DNA from: Prorocentrum cordatum
Lineage: Eukaryota
Reading direction: 5' to 3'
Assembly (NCBI GenBank): GCA_963575745.1
Contig: CAUYUJ010000074.1
Span: forward strand, 62,001 to 118,693
Length of the DNA stretch: 56,693 bases
The position numbers and the translations under genes are program-made. Of the stretch, positions 1 to 12,890 are shown one piece after another; the first letter of the stretch is position 1, and every line of letters starts with the position of its first letter. The notes beneath the pieces are model-generated. The model was not told the origin of the DNA. It saw nothing but the letters and a program-made list of their open reading frames with translations, and did not search any database.

Positions 1-699
1 CTTAAGTACAGGTGAAGTGGCCGTCATCTCAGTGTGCTGCTGGCTGAGCTGTTTGCGTACTTCTTCGGTCGTATTGGCATGTACGTCGCTTGCGAAAAAA
101 GGAGGGGAAGGAGGAGGAAGAGGAGGAGGATGAGGAGGACGCGGAGGAGGAGGCGGAGGAGGCGGAGGAGGAGGAGGAGGAGGAAAAGGAGGATCAGTCG
201 GTGAAGAGGGCGGGGTAAGGGCTTGAGGCGGGAGACGGCGAGGAGGCGGGGTTGGGGGAAGGGGGAATGGGGAAAGAAGGGGTATCGGGGAAGGTGGAGG
301 AGTCTCTGGGGGACGTCTTGCCGTCTCTCGGGGGTCGTTGGGTCGTCTTGGGCCGATCTTGTGGCATCATGCAGCTGTCTTGGGGCGATCTTTGGCCGTC
401 CTGGGCCGTGTAGGGCACTGGGGAGGATTACGTAGGGCTGCGTTGATGTGTGAGGCCCACGAAAGGACGGCGCCATTGAAACACATATAAACATTGGCAT
501 GCACATGCTGTGACTCCTCAATGTCAAGGGTGCCGACGGTGCAGTGTTGGGTCTTACGTGTTGCTTGGGGTCACCTTGCAGGGTAGAACTATTTGGCCAA
601 CATTGTCGAGAGGTTGTGGGAAGAGTGAACTGTGTCCTGCCGCGCCGCGTCTCCAGCGATCTCCCCCCCCCCCCCGAGACCTCGAAATGCCCCCTCGTC

Positions 700-1530
700 A
701 AGTCGCTGGCCCTCACGTGCCGAGTGCCTCCTTCGAGGAGAGGCAGCCATGATTTGCGCCCTCCAGCGCCACCGTGCAGAGCGAGCCGGCGCTGCGGACA
801 CCAGTGCGGCCCCGTCCCGCCGAGGAGCACCGTGAGCAGGAGGACGCGAAGCTCCCTGTCACCCCGGCGTGGCTGTACGTCCAAAGGGCCGATGAGCAAC
901 GCGTAGAGCACTTCGACATGACCACGCCTCGAGGAGCGTCCACAGAAGACGCTGCTCTTGGGAAAAATTCATCGGCATCCATCTGCCTTTTCGTCACCGC
1001 GTGCCAGGTCTAGGATTCCATGTCAGCTCCACGCTCTGTTGCTGGGGAGTCAGGAGCGCTCAAGACGAGGGTTGTCTGCAGTTAACTCCGCGATGCCGAG
1101 GCTGCTACCTTCTCCACTCCGATCCGAAACAGACCGCTGCTCCAGGACCAACGAAAGTCAACTTCATTGATTCCCCAGTGTATTTGTGCAGGTTGTCGAT
1201 GCGATGCGAATTCGCAGATTTGCCGATGGCGCTTTGAGGCTCATGGCCTGCCCCTTGAAGACAGTCAGGTTCTGGGCAGTCTGAGAGGGAATACGGATCT
1301 GGAGGAGGATGCAGGCCTGAGCAATGCCACAATCAAGCATGCTGACCTGCTGGTGGCTAGATGAGTTCTGTAAGGGAAAGCTTTGCTCTCATCCGTGGGA
1401 CGGTGGCCCAGGCGTTGCCGTGAGACCTTCGCGCAACTCTCTAGAAGAAGCTGCAAGCTGCTACCTGTGTAGACACGACAGCCCGCCCACCACATCCATG
1501 CCTTCAGGTCTACCAGAGCTCGGTTAGGGA
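700..1530 (+). pseudogene. Highly degenerate DIRS-like reverse transcriptase remnant
   Basis: Frameshifted peptides occur in RT-like order: PCRASRRC (cf. DCRxxN), LYVQRAD (motif A-like), LGFHVSS (cf. PMGFSWS), NFIDS (cf. YIDN), FEAHGL, ETFAQLSRR. The resemblance is by eye only. Confidence 0.4.
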
Positions 1531-1771
1531 ATTTATATTGAGACGGGGTGGAAGAGGGGGAAGTAGAGGCGGAGCGGGCCTGAGAGACTGCCGCGGTATA
1601 GCCACCCGACCAGGGAACCCTTGCACCCATGCGGTATAGCTCATGTCACCCGTGCGGTATAACCGCATGGATATGGTAACCGACGGCCAGTCACGGCTCG
1701 CGTTTTCTCTTCTACAAGATAGCGGTGAGTGCGAAGTTTATTGAACAACTGATTCGTGAATATTCTAAATC

Positions 1772-2608
1772 TATAATGACCTTCGGCCCATACTGCCACC
1801 GTGCCTGGATTGTGGGCCAGGGTCCTCAGGGCTCTGGGGGCTCTCTTGGGGGCAATTTTGGGTCCTCTTGGGCCCCTCTTGGGCCTCCTGGGATCCTCTT
1901 GGGGCGTCCTGGGGGTCTTGAGGGCCTCTTGGGGACCTCTTGGGGGCTTCTGGGGTGGCTCTCGGGACGTCCTTGGGGCCTCTTCAGGTGCCAAGGGCTC
2001 GAAATGTCCGTTCAGGCCACCCATCTGGGCCCCCTGTTGGAGCCGTCTAGGGGGCCTCTTGTGCTGTCTTAGGGAGCCTCTTGGGCCGTCTTGGAGGCCT
2101 CTTGGGTCGTCTTGGGACCCTTTGGGGCCCTCTTGGAGGCCTCTTGTGCTGTCCTGGGGCGATCTTGGGGTCCTCTGGAGACTTTTTGGAGCGTCGGGGA
2201 GCCGAAAAGACGAGAACGCGAAGATCTGTCAAAAACCACATGGAAATCAGTTTTGTTGCCTCTTGGAGCCCTGTTGGGGGGCCTCTTGGACGCCTCTCGG
2301 AGCTTCTTGAGCCGTCTTGGGCCGTCTTGGCCGTCTTGGAGCGATCGCTCGGCGATTCGTGGCTCTCTTCGGACCGTCTCGAGGGCCTCTTGGGGCCCTC
2401 TTGGCCTGTCTAGGTGCCTCCGTGGTTCCGAAAGGGTCTCGCGCCACCACGCGACGGGGCCCCGGAGGCACGCGACGAACCCGGGAAGAGTTGTGAATCT
2501 GGGGTCCGGGTCCCTGAGATAGTCTTCAGAATCGAGGACAGGCTCCAGGAGATTGGGCAAGGCACCCGAGAACGCTCCAGCTCGTGCCTCGAGGGCACGG
2601 CGGCGGAT
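1772..2608 (-). mobile_element. Helentron/DINE-like non-autonomous element with central degenerate (GGCCTCTTGGG)n repeats
   Basis: 13-bp subterminal inverted repeats ctgccaccgtgcc (1793-1805) and ggcacggcggcgg (2594-2606). A partial IR cgtgcc (2583-2588) lies beside one subTIR and a small stem-loop gacc-ttc-ggcc (1778-1788) lies outside the other. The interior is an 11-bp minisatellite. Confidence 0.55.
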
Positions 2609-2627
2609 CTCTTCCAAGAAGCCAGTC

Positions 2628-2935
2628 GCTGCAGTGCCGGATCTGGGACAGGCCGGGCGGCGCTGTCTCCCACTGTTTCCCACGGTCGCCTGTTGCCTCC
2701 AGTGCCAGTGGCCTCCCGTTGCCTTCCGTGCCCTCCCGTTGCTTCCCGTGGCCTCCCGTTGCCTCCCGTTGCCTCCCACTGCCGTCCCGATCTCTGTCTC
2801 TATCCCATCCCCATTCCATATCCCCATCCCCGGTTCCCTGGCCCTTCGCCCTGATTACCCCTGTCCCGATCTCCCCCTCGTGGCCCCCCACCGTGGCCCC
2901 TCCTTCGTGACCCCCCGTCGTGGCCCCCCCTCGTA
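2628..2935 (-). repeat. Dispersed repeat with (CCCGTTGCCT)n and (CCCTAT)-like units; inverted relative of 34440-34916
   Basis: Its reverse complement gggaaacagtgggagacagcgccgccc...ctgcagcg resembles 34860-34916 (atgggagacaatgggaggcaatgtcgccc...ctgcagcg). Confidence 0.6.
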
Positions 2936-3409
2936 GCTGCGAAGAGCCGTCCGGGGTCTTCTGCCGCGCGAGTGTCGTGGTTAGACGAAGTGCGGTCGAA
3001 AGACGTGGACTGCGAGAAGAAGTGCACACTGTTCATTTCTAATCCTTCGAAAGTTCTTTGATTTTTTTGTGGGCCAAGATCCTTTCATTTCTACGTGTTC
3101 TATCCTGGGCCTCTTCCTGGCCACTAGGGGGCTACGAACAATTATAATCCAGCACACTTAGAAAGGAGCACGATTAGAAATGAACGACGTGTACATGACA
3201 GGTCTCCTCTCCTTGCCTTCGGGGGTAAAGCTGCAGATGGCAGCGGCAGCATCAGCGAGTGCAGTGACAGCGCGAGGGGGTACTTGGCTCTCGCCGAAGT
3301 TACTTGTTTTGCAGCATTGTTTCATCCATGTCCAGCTGCCTGCGGCAAGTCCCACCACCGTGCCAGCCCATCATTCCGGGTGGCGCCTGTTCGAGGATGG
3401 GAGAGCCGC

Positions 3410-3846
<437 letters not shown>

Positions 3847-3848
<2 letters not shown>

Positions 3849-5096
3849 AAGAGCGTGTTCTACCGCTGCTGGCGAAAACCGGGGGGGGGGTGGCGGTTCG
3901 AACCCCTCCCCCCCCCCCTCCAGAAAACCGGGGGGGGTCACTACCGGTTCGAACCCCTCCCCCCCCCCCCCCCAGCTCATCATGAAAAGGGGGGGGGGTC
4001 ACTACCGGTTCGAACCCCTCCCCCCCCCCCCCCCTCGAAAACCGGGGGGGGTCACTACCGGTTCGAACCCCCCCCCCCCTCGAAAACCGAGTGGGGGTGC
4101 GGACAGTGGTGGGGACGGTGTTGGTGGGGACAGTGGTGAGGGGATAGCGGGACAGTGGTGGGGACAGTGGGACAGTGGGACAGTGGTGGGGACGGTAGTG
4201 GTGGGGACAGTGGTGGGGACAATGGTGGGAACAGGGGGGGACAGTGGACAGTGGTGGTGACGGTGGTGGTGGGGACAGTGGTGTGGGGACAATGGGAATG
4301 AGGTGGAAACAGTGGGACAGTGGAGGGTACAATGGTGGTGGGGACAGTGGTGAAGGCGGTGGCGAGGACGGCGGTGGGACAATGGGACAGAGGTACAGTG
4401 GGGACAGTGGTGGGGACAGTGGGGACAGTGGTGGGAACAGTGGGACAGCTCAGTGGGACAGCGGAGGAGTCAGTGGGACAGTGGGGACAGTGGGGATAGT
4501 CGGGCAGTGGTTGGGGCCGTGGAGACAGTGGGGAGAGTGGAACCGTGGTGGGAACAGTTCTGGGGACAGCGGGGACAGTGCGACAGTGGTGGGGCCACTG
4601 GTGGGGACAGTAGGGGCGGTGGTGGAACCAGTGGGGACAGCGGTGGTGAGGACAGTGGTGCTGGGAACACCAGTGGGGGGATGTGATGCGGACGGTGGTG
4701 GGGACCGGGAGTCGTTTGCTGGCGGTGAGGGGGGGGGGGGGAGGGGGGGGTTCGCGAATCGTAGTGACCCCCTCCGGTTTTTCCGGATCCGGAGTGTAAG
4801 GGGGGGGGGAGGGGGTTTCGAACGGTAGTGACCCCCCCCGGTTTTCCGGATCCGGAGGGGGGGGGGGCGGGGAGGGGTTCGAACCAGTAGTGTGACCCCC
4901 CCCGGTTTTCGAGCGGGAGGGGGGGGGGGGGGGGGGTTAGGGGAGGGGGGGGGTTTTTGCCGGGGGGAGAGGGGGGGGGGGGGGGGGGAGGGTTCAGCAG
5001 GGGGGGGGATTTTCGGAGGGGGGGGGGGACCCCCGGGTTCCGGAGGAAGAGGGGGGGAATTTTCCACAGTAAAGCGGCGGTGGATCACGCTCTCTC
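3847..5096. mobile_element. Foldback-like non-autonomous DNA transposon inserted in a (GAT)n tract
   Basis: 24-bp imperfect TIRs (gaaagagcgtgttctaccgctgct versus reverse complement gagagagcgtgatccaccgccgct). Subterminal repeats gaaaaccggggggggtcactaccggttcgaacccc appear inverted at the far end. The centre is a (GTGGGGACA)n array and both flanks are GAT microsatellite. Confidence 0.8.
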
Positions 5097-5188
<92 letters not shown>

Positions 5189-5197
5189 TGACGATGG

Positions 5198-5263
<66 letters not shown>

Positions 5264-5372
5264 CGATGATGATGATGATGATGCCGATGATGATGATGAG
5301 GATGATGATGATGATAATAATAATGATGGTGATGATGATGTTGAGGATATGATGCTGATGACGACGACGATG
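5097..5372. repeat. (GAT)n microsatellite
   Basis: Read directly from the sequence. Confidence 0.98.
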
Positions 5373-5552
5373 TGGGTGATTAGGATGATTCCCCAATCAG
5401 AGCTTGCCTCTGTGGGGGTCCTAGCGGACTCATAGGGTTAGGTGATGCGGGTCGCCGATTTCGGTGGCTGGCCTGGGTGCCTGGGTGCCCAGGTGCCCAG
5501 GTGCCTGGGGGTGCCCAGAGGTGCCCGGGGGTTCCCAGAGGTTCCCAGTAAC

Positions 5553-6040
5553 CCTATAGACCTATAGCCCTGTAGCGTTGTAGCCTTATAGCCCTATAGC
5601 CTTATAGCCCTATAGCCCTACAGCTCTATAGCCCTATATAGCCCTGTAGCCCTAATAGCCCTATACCCAAATAGACCTATAGCCCTATAGCCCTATAGCC
5701 CTATAGCCTTATGGCCCAATAGCCCTATACCCTTATAGCCCTATAGCCTTATAGTCCTATAGCCTTATAGCCCTATAGCCCTATAGCCCTATATAGCCTT
5801 ATAACCCTAATAGCCCAATACCCATGTATCCCAATAGCCCTATAACCCTATAGCCCTATAGCATTATAGCCTTACAGCCCTATAGCCCTACAGCCCTACA
5901 GCCCTAGAGCCCGGTAGCCCAATAACCGTATAGCCCAATAGCCCTATAGCCCGATAGCCCTGTAGCTCTACAGCCCTATAGCCCCATAGCCTTCTAGCTG
6001 TATAGCCTTATAGCCCAATATCCCCATTGCCCTATAGTCC
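5553..6040. repeat. (TATAGCCC)n 8-bp minisatellite
   Basis: Dozens of degenerate tatagccc units. Confidence 0.95.
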
Positions 6041-6095
6041 TGAAATTTTGGATTGGGTTTTCTCTGGTATGATGATGATGACGATGACGATGATA

Positions 6096-6237
<142 letters not shown>

Positions 6238-6337
6238 NNNNNNNNNNNNNNNNNNNNNNNNNNNNNNNNNNNNNNNNNNNNNNNNNNNNNNNNNNNNNNN
6301 NNNNNNNNNNNNNNNNNNNNNNNNNNNNNNNNNNNNN
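6238..6337. other. Assembly gap (100 N), preceded by (GAT)n at 6068-6237
   Basis: Run of N. Confidence 1.
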
Positions 6338-7250
6338 TGTCCACATGCGTCTCCCCCACCAGCACAGCGCATCGTGGCCCCATAGGGAGCTCCACCTAAA
6401 ACCCCAGTGGCGGTGTCCACAGTCGTCTCACCCACCCAGCACATCGTTTCGTGGCCCCATAGGCAGCTCCACCGAAGGCCCCATAGGAAGCTCCACCTAC
6501 GGCCTTAGTGGCGGTGTCCACATGCGTCTCCCCCACCAGCACATCGCATCGTGGCCCCATAGGGAGCTCCACCGAAGGCCCCAGTGGCGTGTCCACATGC
6601 GTCTCCCCCGCCCAGCACAGCGCTTCGTGGCCCACAGAAAGCTCCACCTGGGGCCCCAGCGGCGGTGTCCACATGCGTCCCCCCACCAAACAAAGCGCAT
6701 CGTGGCCCCATAGGAAGCTCCACCTACGGCCTTAGTGGCGGTGTCCACATGCGTCTCCCCCGCCAAGCACAGCGCTTCGTGGCCCCATCGGGAGCTCCAC
6801 CTAAGTCCCCAGTGGCGGTGTCCACATGCGTTTGCCCCACCCAGCACAGCGCTTCGTGGCTTCATAGGGAGCTCCACCGAAGGCCCCAGTAGCGGTGTCC
6901 ACGTGCGTCTCCCCCGACCAGCAAAGCGTTTCGTGGCCCCATAAGGAGCGTGCCCACGTGCGTCTCCCAAGCCCAGCACAGCGCTTCGTGGCCCCACATG
7001 GAGCTCCAGTTAGGGCCTCAGTGGCGGTGTCCACATTCGTCTCCCTCACCAATCACAGCGCTTCGTGGCCCCATCAGGGCCCCACCTGAGTCCCCAGTGG
7101 CGGTGCCCACCTGCGTCTCCCCCAGCAAGCACAGCGTTTCGTGGCCCCATAGGCAGCTCCAACGAAGGCCCCAGTGGCAAAGTTCGGGTGCGTCTACCCC
7201 AGCCAGTATAGCGTTTTGTGGCCCATAAGGAGTTCCACCGAAGGCGATAC
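6338..7250 (+). repeat. ~76-bp tandem array containing the shared 39-bp core cgtggccccatagggagctccaccgaaggccccagtggc
   Basis: About 12 units. The variable half is gtgtccacatgcgtctccccc(a)ccagcacagcgcttc. Confidence 0.92.
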
Positions 7251-7305
7251 CCACAACTGTGGTATTCACAACTGCATATGGTTGGGTCCTTCATGGCTGA
7301 TTTTA

Positions 7306-7561
7306 GGGGGTCTGGCGATAACCTGGGTTATCTGGTTCGCCCGCCCCCCTGGATAACCTCACCCTGTCCCCTGTCGGTTGAGCTGTCCAGACATATCTTG
7401 AGACATTCCCAGACGGCGCCCGCATCGTGGCAGCATGAATGGTAGCATTGTCGCAGCGTCGTTATCAGCTGTAGGGGCCGCAGCATAGGTGCGCGCGGAC
7501 ATATGCGGGTTATCGGCTGGCCCCTCCTCCCCCCGGATAGCCCAGGTTATCGCCGATCCCC
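7306..7561. mobile_element. MITE with ~27-bp TIRs flanked by TA
   Basis: ta|gggggtctggcgataacctgggttatc ... gatagcccaggttatcgccgatcccc|ta. Confidence 0.75.
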
Positions 7562-8239
7562 TAAGCAGTCTCTAATTGGATCGAGGTCAACATTGTCTTG
7601 ACACGGACGCCCGTCTGCATAAACGCGAGTACGTGCTCAATTTTGTTCTGGGGGTGCGTGTGATTTCGCGCCTCCACGCGCCTGTAGAACCAGACGTTCG
7701 TATTCGCGCGCGTTCGTATAATATACTATATGCCGTCGCTCGCTGTCAACATAGATGTTGAGGCGTAAATCAGAATCCAGAGACTCGCGATGTGGCGTGC
7801 CTTGGGCACTGCTGGTGCACTAGTTGATGTCATACAGGGATTGCAGTGACTGTTGCCGTTTCCAGCCGCTTTGCCATCACCAGCAAGCTTCACATCAGCA
7901 GCGCCAGCGATGAAGGAGGTGCGACGTCGCGAGCCGTCTGCGAATGAAAGGGGTAGGTGCTGAGCCTGCTACTCGGTTGTTGGGGCCAGTGACAAGGAGG
8001 GAGGAGGGAACACATGAGCAAACGAAAGCCGTGGTGAGAGTTGCAGAAACCGCTGGTCGGGCAGGCGTCTCCATCGTGCGAGTTCTTCAGCTACTGGAAC
8101 GCCACTGCCACGTGTCTTCTGTTCGGAGGGAGCCGCGGGGAGCGAGGGTCCCGCAGAGCGACGAGGTAAGAGATGCGCAGACCTTGAATAACGCCGCAGG
8201 GCTCAGACTCGCTTCCCTTGGACTCCTGCGTCGTATCGT

Positions 8240-8476
8240 GGAGGAGGAGGAGGACGAGGAGGAGGAGGAGGACGAGGAAGAGGAGGAGGAGGAGGAGGAG
8301 GAGGAGGAGGGAGGAGTAGAGGAGGAGTGGAGGAGGAGGAGGAGGAGGAGGAGGAGGGGAGGAGGAGGATGAGGAGTAGGAGGAGGAGGAGGAGAGGAGA
8401 GGAGGAGGAGGAGGAGGAGGGAGGAGGAGGGGAGGAGGGGAGGAGGAGGAGGAGGAGGAGGAGGAGGAGGAGGAGG
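8240..8476. repeat. (GAG)n microsatellite
   Basis: Read directly from the sequence. Confidence 0.97.
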
Positions 8477-8620
8477 CGCGGACGCGACGTCCACCCCTCT
8501 GGGCCCAGGGTGACCCTCCGAGCGACGGCCCGAGACGTGGCGCGCTCGGTGGGCTGTCGCGCCGGTGGGCTTCCGCAGGGGGGCGCTCCCGGATATTTCA
8601 CCGAGCACGGAACGCTCTGG

Positions 8621-8829
8621 TTTGTGGTCTCCAAACCAGGTGGTGAGACAGCCGGTGGTGACCCCGATTCCCCAAAGAAATAATTCTGGGTCGCCACCGG
8701 GTTTGGGGACACGCGGTCGCCGCGAGGTTTTGCGGTTCCTGGGCCAGCCAGCGCTCGAAAACCATTACCCAAATCGCCCAAAACTCACCACCGGGTGTTC
8801 TCACCACCACGTTTGGGGACCACCAATAA
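8621..8829. mobile_element. Degenerate MITE with ~30-bp imperfect TIRs
   Basis: tttgtggtctccaaaccaggtggtgagaca versus reverse complement tattggtggtccccaaacgtggtggtgagaaca. No clear TSD. Confidence 0.55.
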
Positions 8830-9616
8830 CTTGGGGCTGCCGGCGGGGACGTCCGAAGGGGAGTTGGGTCTCAGGGGAGGAAAAGGTACTCCTACCTCTG
8901 CCCTTTCCTCGTTTGCCTCCCATTTTGGGCCTCCTCGGAGGCCCTCGTCGCCACCGCCAGATTCGCATCGAAATCCTGGTCAGAACGCACCCCGGGAGAG
9001 GTCCGGGGAGTAGCGGTATTGGTACCCTTTGGTTTCGGTAGGTTCGGGCAGGCCGTCCGGACGGCCCTCTCCGCTTTCCCTCCCGCTTCCCGTTCCCTCC
9101 ACTGTCAGGGGTGGCCTAACCGACCCCTAGCAAGCCATCCCCTTCCGTGACGTCCCTCTCGCCTCGCCCCAAGGCGCATGCATGCGGCCAGAGGGGAGCC
9201 CCAAGGCGAGGATGACGTCACAGAAGGGGACGGTTTGCCAGGGGTCGGTTAGGCCGCGCCCGACACCGCTACTTCCACCTCTCCCGATCTTCCCCGGGGT
9301 CCTCCCACCTAGGCCTGCCTGAGACAAGAAATTCGCACAGCTTCGCTTCGCCTCGCCTCGCCCGCACGTCATCCACGGCACGAGCCGAGACCGAAACCGA
9401 CTTCCTGGTTGGTGGACTCCGTGTCGCTCGGTCGCTCCAACGCACTTGATTTTCTTGGAGCGAGGCCGTTCCAGCAACCCGTGCCGAAGACGAGGATACC
9501 TTCCACCACTGCAGCGTTATCGAGCGCAAGCTTTCCAGCAGCCCACGATGTTCGCTCCAGCATTTTGACTGAGCGCGAGCCTTCCAGCAGTTCGACGAGC
9601 ATAATACAAAGTGTGA

Positions 9617-9697
9617 CGTCGCCGTCGTCGTCACCGTCACCGTCGCCGTCGCCGTCGTCGTTGTCGTCGCTGTCGCCGTCGCCGTCGCCGCCGCCGT

Positions 9698-9759
<62 letters not shown>

Positions 9760-10090
9760 AAGTCGTCGTCGTCGTCGTCGTCGTCGCCGTTGCCGCTCTC
9801 GCCATCTCCGCCGTCGCCCTCGCAGGCGCCAGCGCCGTCGCCGCTGCGGTCGTCGCCGTCGCGCCCTCGCCGTTTCCGCCGTCACTTTCGCCAGTGCCGT
9901 CACCGTCACCGTCGCCGACGCCACTGCCATCGCCACAGTCGCCGTCGCCATCGTCGTCGCCGTCGCCATTGTCGTCGCCGGCGGCGGCGTCGTCGTCAGC
10001 TCTTTCGCTGGCGCCGTCGCCGTCGCCGACGTCGACGCCGTCGTTGTCGCCGTCGTTGTCGCAGCTGTCGTCGTCGCTGCCGCCCTCGCC
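9617..10090. repeat. (GTC/GCC)n degenerate trinucleotide tract
   Basis: Read directly from the sequence. Confidence 0.95.
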
Positions 10091-10344
10091 GTCCCCCCGC
10101 CGCCTCGATGTTGCAGTACAGAGGAGACCCATGCCAAGAAACACTCTGCTTGCCTCCAGTGTGCCCTGGGTTTCGTGGGTTTCGACGGTTTTTCTATGGA
10201 AAGCGTGACGTTCCCACACCAAAAATGAATGGACGTTCTGGGGTCTCAGGGTTGGGTTTCTTGTGGAAGGTTTCGTGTGGACTGGCCTCCACTGTACATT
10301 CTCACAAGCTAGAATTGTTGACGCTTCGCGTAACCCCACCAGTC

Positions 10345-10812
10345 ACACCGCCCTCTGGACTTCTCCTTGCGGGCCGCGAATCAAAAAGTATCCCCACCAG
10401 TGACGTCGACTTTCCGAAGTGGACCGCGTCGCGTCGCCGACGAGCACAGGGTGCCACGTGAGTGAGTCCGCCTCTTTCGGTTTGCTCTTTTCGTCCCCCC
10501 CATCTGTCTTCCTGTTTTGTGCAGGGGATGCGCCTGCCGGTTCTACTTCGGGTCGGCTGTTGTTAGGACAGTCGGTCGAATGTTCTGGCCTGGTCTCGCA
10601 GCGTCCTGCTCTGCATGTTGCACGTGGGCGGCGCCCGGCGGCCTCTTCCGTCCGTGGCCTGGCCCTCCTAATTATCTGGCTTCGCGCCTCTTTTTCCTGC
10701 CGAATTTGTTTTGGGCAGTGTCTGCCCTTGCCGTTCCGGTCGGCTGTCGTTAAGACAGTCGGTCAATGTTCTGGCCTGATCTCGCCGCGTTTCTTGCATG
10801 TTGTGTGTGTGT

Positions 10813-10855
<43 letters not shown>

Positions 10856-10987
10856 GGCGCCCTCTTGGCGGCTCCCTCCCGTCGTGGCCGGCCCTCACTA
10901 ATTATGTGGCTTTGCGCCCCATTGCCTATTGACACGCCCTCTGGACTTTTCCTTGCAGGCCGCCGAACAAAAAGTATCCCCACCAGC
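10345..10987 (+). repeat. Locally duplicated block with ~55-bp terminal direct repeats and an internal tandem duplication
   Basis: gccctctggactt...ggccgc(c)gaa(t)caaaaagtatccccaccag at ~10345-10400 and ~10933-10987. ggtcggctgt...gacagtcggtc...tgttctggcctg at ~10550 and ~10737. (GT)n at 10802-10853. Confidence 0.75.
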
Positions 10988-11339
10988 CCATCCAGAAACG
11001 ATGCCCAGGGGAGTTGAGGTGATCAGGGAAGTCGGGGAGCATGCAGAATAACAAAGGGCGGGGGAAGCTGTCACGTACCCCAAGAGGGGGAGGATGGAGA
11101 AGGAATCCTCGTCGGAGGGGGAGGGGGAGGAAGAGGAGGAGGAGGAGGAGGAGGAGGAGGAAAATGATGAGGAGGATGTGGAGTAGGGAGAGGAGTAGGA
11201 GGACGAGGAGGAGGAGAAGGAGCAGAGGGAGGAAAAGGAGGAGAAGGAGGAAAAGGAGGAGGAGGAAGAGGGGGATGAGAAATTGAAGAGGACGGCGAAC
11301 CGAAGAGCCAGAAGCGTCTTAAATGCAGTTCGGAGATCC

Positions 11340-12060
11340 TCCTGAGGCTTCTTGGGGGTCTCTTGGGAGCCTCTTGGAGGCCTCTTGGGCGCCTCTTGGG
11401 GCCGTCTGGGCGCCTCTTGGGGCGCTCTTGGGGCGCTCTTGGGGGCTGTAGGGGCGCTCTTGGGGCCATCTTGGAGGAGATCGATCAACGAAGGGGGGTT
11501 CCCTAATTAGCCTCCCCCCTCAGGAGCTCCAAACATCGCCTCTTGGGGCGCTCTTGGGGCGCTCTTGGAGCGCTCTTGGGCGCTCTTGGGGCCGTCTTGG
11601 GGCTCTCTTGGGCCTCTTGTGGGGCCCTCTTGGGCCATCTTGGAGCCATCTTGAGGCCTTGGATGGCCATTGGAAGCGAAACGGGGAGAACGCAACAAAC
11701 ATTGATTTTCTGAAGGTTTTGGGACGATGTTGGCCTCTTCGGGGCCTCGTTGGGGAGCTCTTTGGCCACTTGGAGCCGTCTTGGGGCCGTCTTTGGGCCT
11801 CTTGGAACATCTTAGGAGCCATCTCGAGCGATCTTGCGCTATCTTGAACCACCTTGGAGCTCATCTTGGGCTCCCTGACGCGCTCTTGAAGCCATCTTGG
11901 AGCCAAAAGAGCCGTCCGACCGCTCGCGACACCCTCCGTCCAGGTCCAGGGGAGGGGGTAGGGGGAGGGGTAAACCCCTCCACAAAGGGGAAGAGGGAGG
12001 GGTTGAAGAGGATCTGCTCTAGACCACCTACGCCCAGAGGGTTGGTGGGACTTCCATTGA
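11340..12060 (-). repeat. (GGCCTCTTGGG)n-family dispersed element, related to 1772-2608
   Basis: Same 11-bp degenerate unit, with a similar AT-richer internal segment at 11670-11750. Confidence 0.75.
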
Positions 12061-12187
12061 CCGTAGGGGCCCTCTTGAGGCTTTCCGTGGGCTGCTCTGG
12101 GCCTTCGAAGGCAGCAACTGCCTGATCTTCGACCGACGGGCGCAGAAATCGAAAACATTGGAGAACCCAGGGGAGATTGGCAACGAG

Positions 12188-12256
12188 ATGTGTGTGTGTG
12201 TGTGTGTGTTCAATCCCATGTGGGTGGAACCCGCATGTGTGTGTGTGTGTGTGTGT

Positions 12257-12320
<64 letters not shown>

Positions 12321-12526
12321 TGGTGTGTGTGTGTGGGTGTGTGCGTGCGTGTGTGTGTGTGTGCGTGGAAGCACATGTGTGAGGAATCGTGCGCGTGTGG
12401 GGTGCCAGGCGTGAGGGAACCCAGAGTGGTTCCAGAGGCTGGCGGCGTGTGGACCCTCGTGGGATTCCGGAAACCGCGGCGTGTGGAATCCTCTGTGATT
12501 CCAAATGCTACGACGTGCGTGTGAGT

Positions 12527-12611
<85 letters not shown>

Positions 12612-12632
12612 CGTGTGTGTGTGTGTGTGTGC
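12188..12632. repeat. (GT)n microsatellite blocks
   Basis: Read directly from the sequence. Confidence 0.97.
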
Positions 12633-12890
12633 GTACAGTTTCGTCATCTACAACATCGAGTCTGATAACAATCCTGACTATTTGCTTTATAATTGTCTCA
12701 GGGTGGCGGATGGTCTCTTTACCTGGCAAGTGCGTGCATGTGTGTGTTTGTGTGTCATCCGCGAGGCCTCGCCCTTGCGTAGTCGTTCTCCACGCAGATC
12801 GGCTCCCGAAATTTATCAGGTTTCCCCAGTGACTCTACGCCTCGGGGCCGCGGCGGATCGGGCCCCCTAGACTCGCCTGGCTCAGTTGGG

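Noticed and set aside
1586..1693. Small element with gcggtata repeats and weak inverted ends
   Set aside because: The TIR needs several gaps, there is no TSD, and no second copy exists in the window.
5553..6040. Telomeric repeat
   Set aside because: TATAGCCC/GGGCTATA is not a TTTAGGG or TTAGGG telomere unit, is degenerate and is interstitial.
6338..7250. CRISPR array (constant repeat with spacer-like alternation; also 25900-26899, 39521-40340, 29965-30836)
   Set aside because: The intervening segments are near-identical within each array rather than unique spacers. There are no cas genes and the context is eukaryotic.
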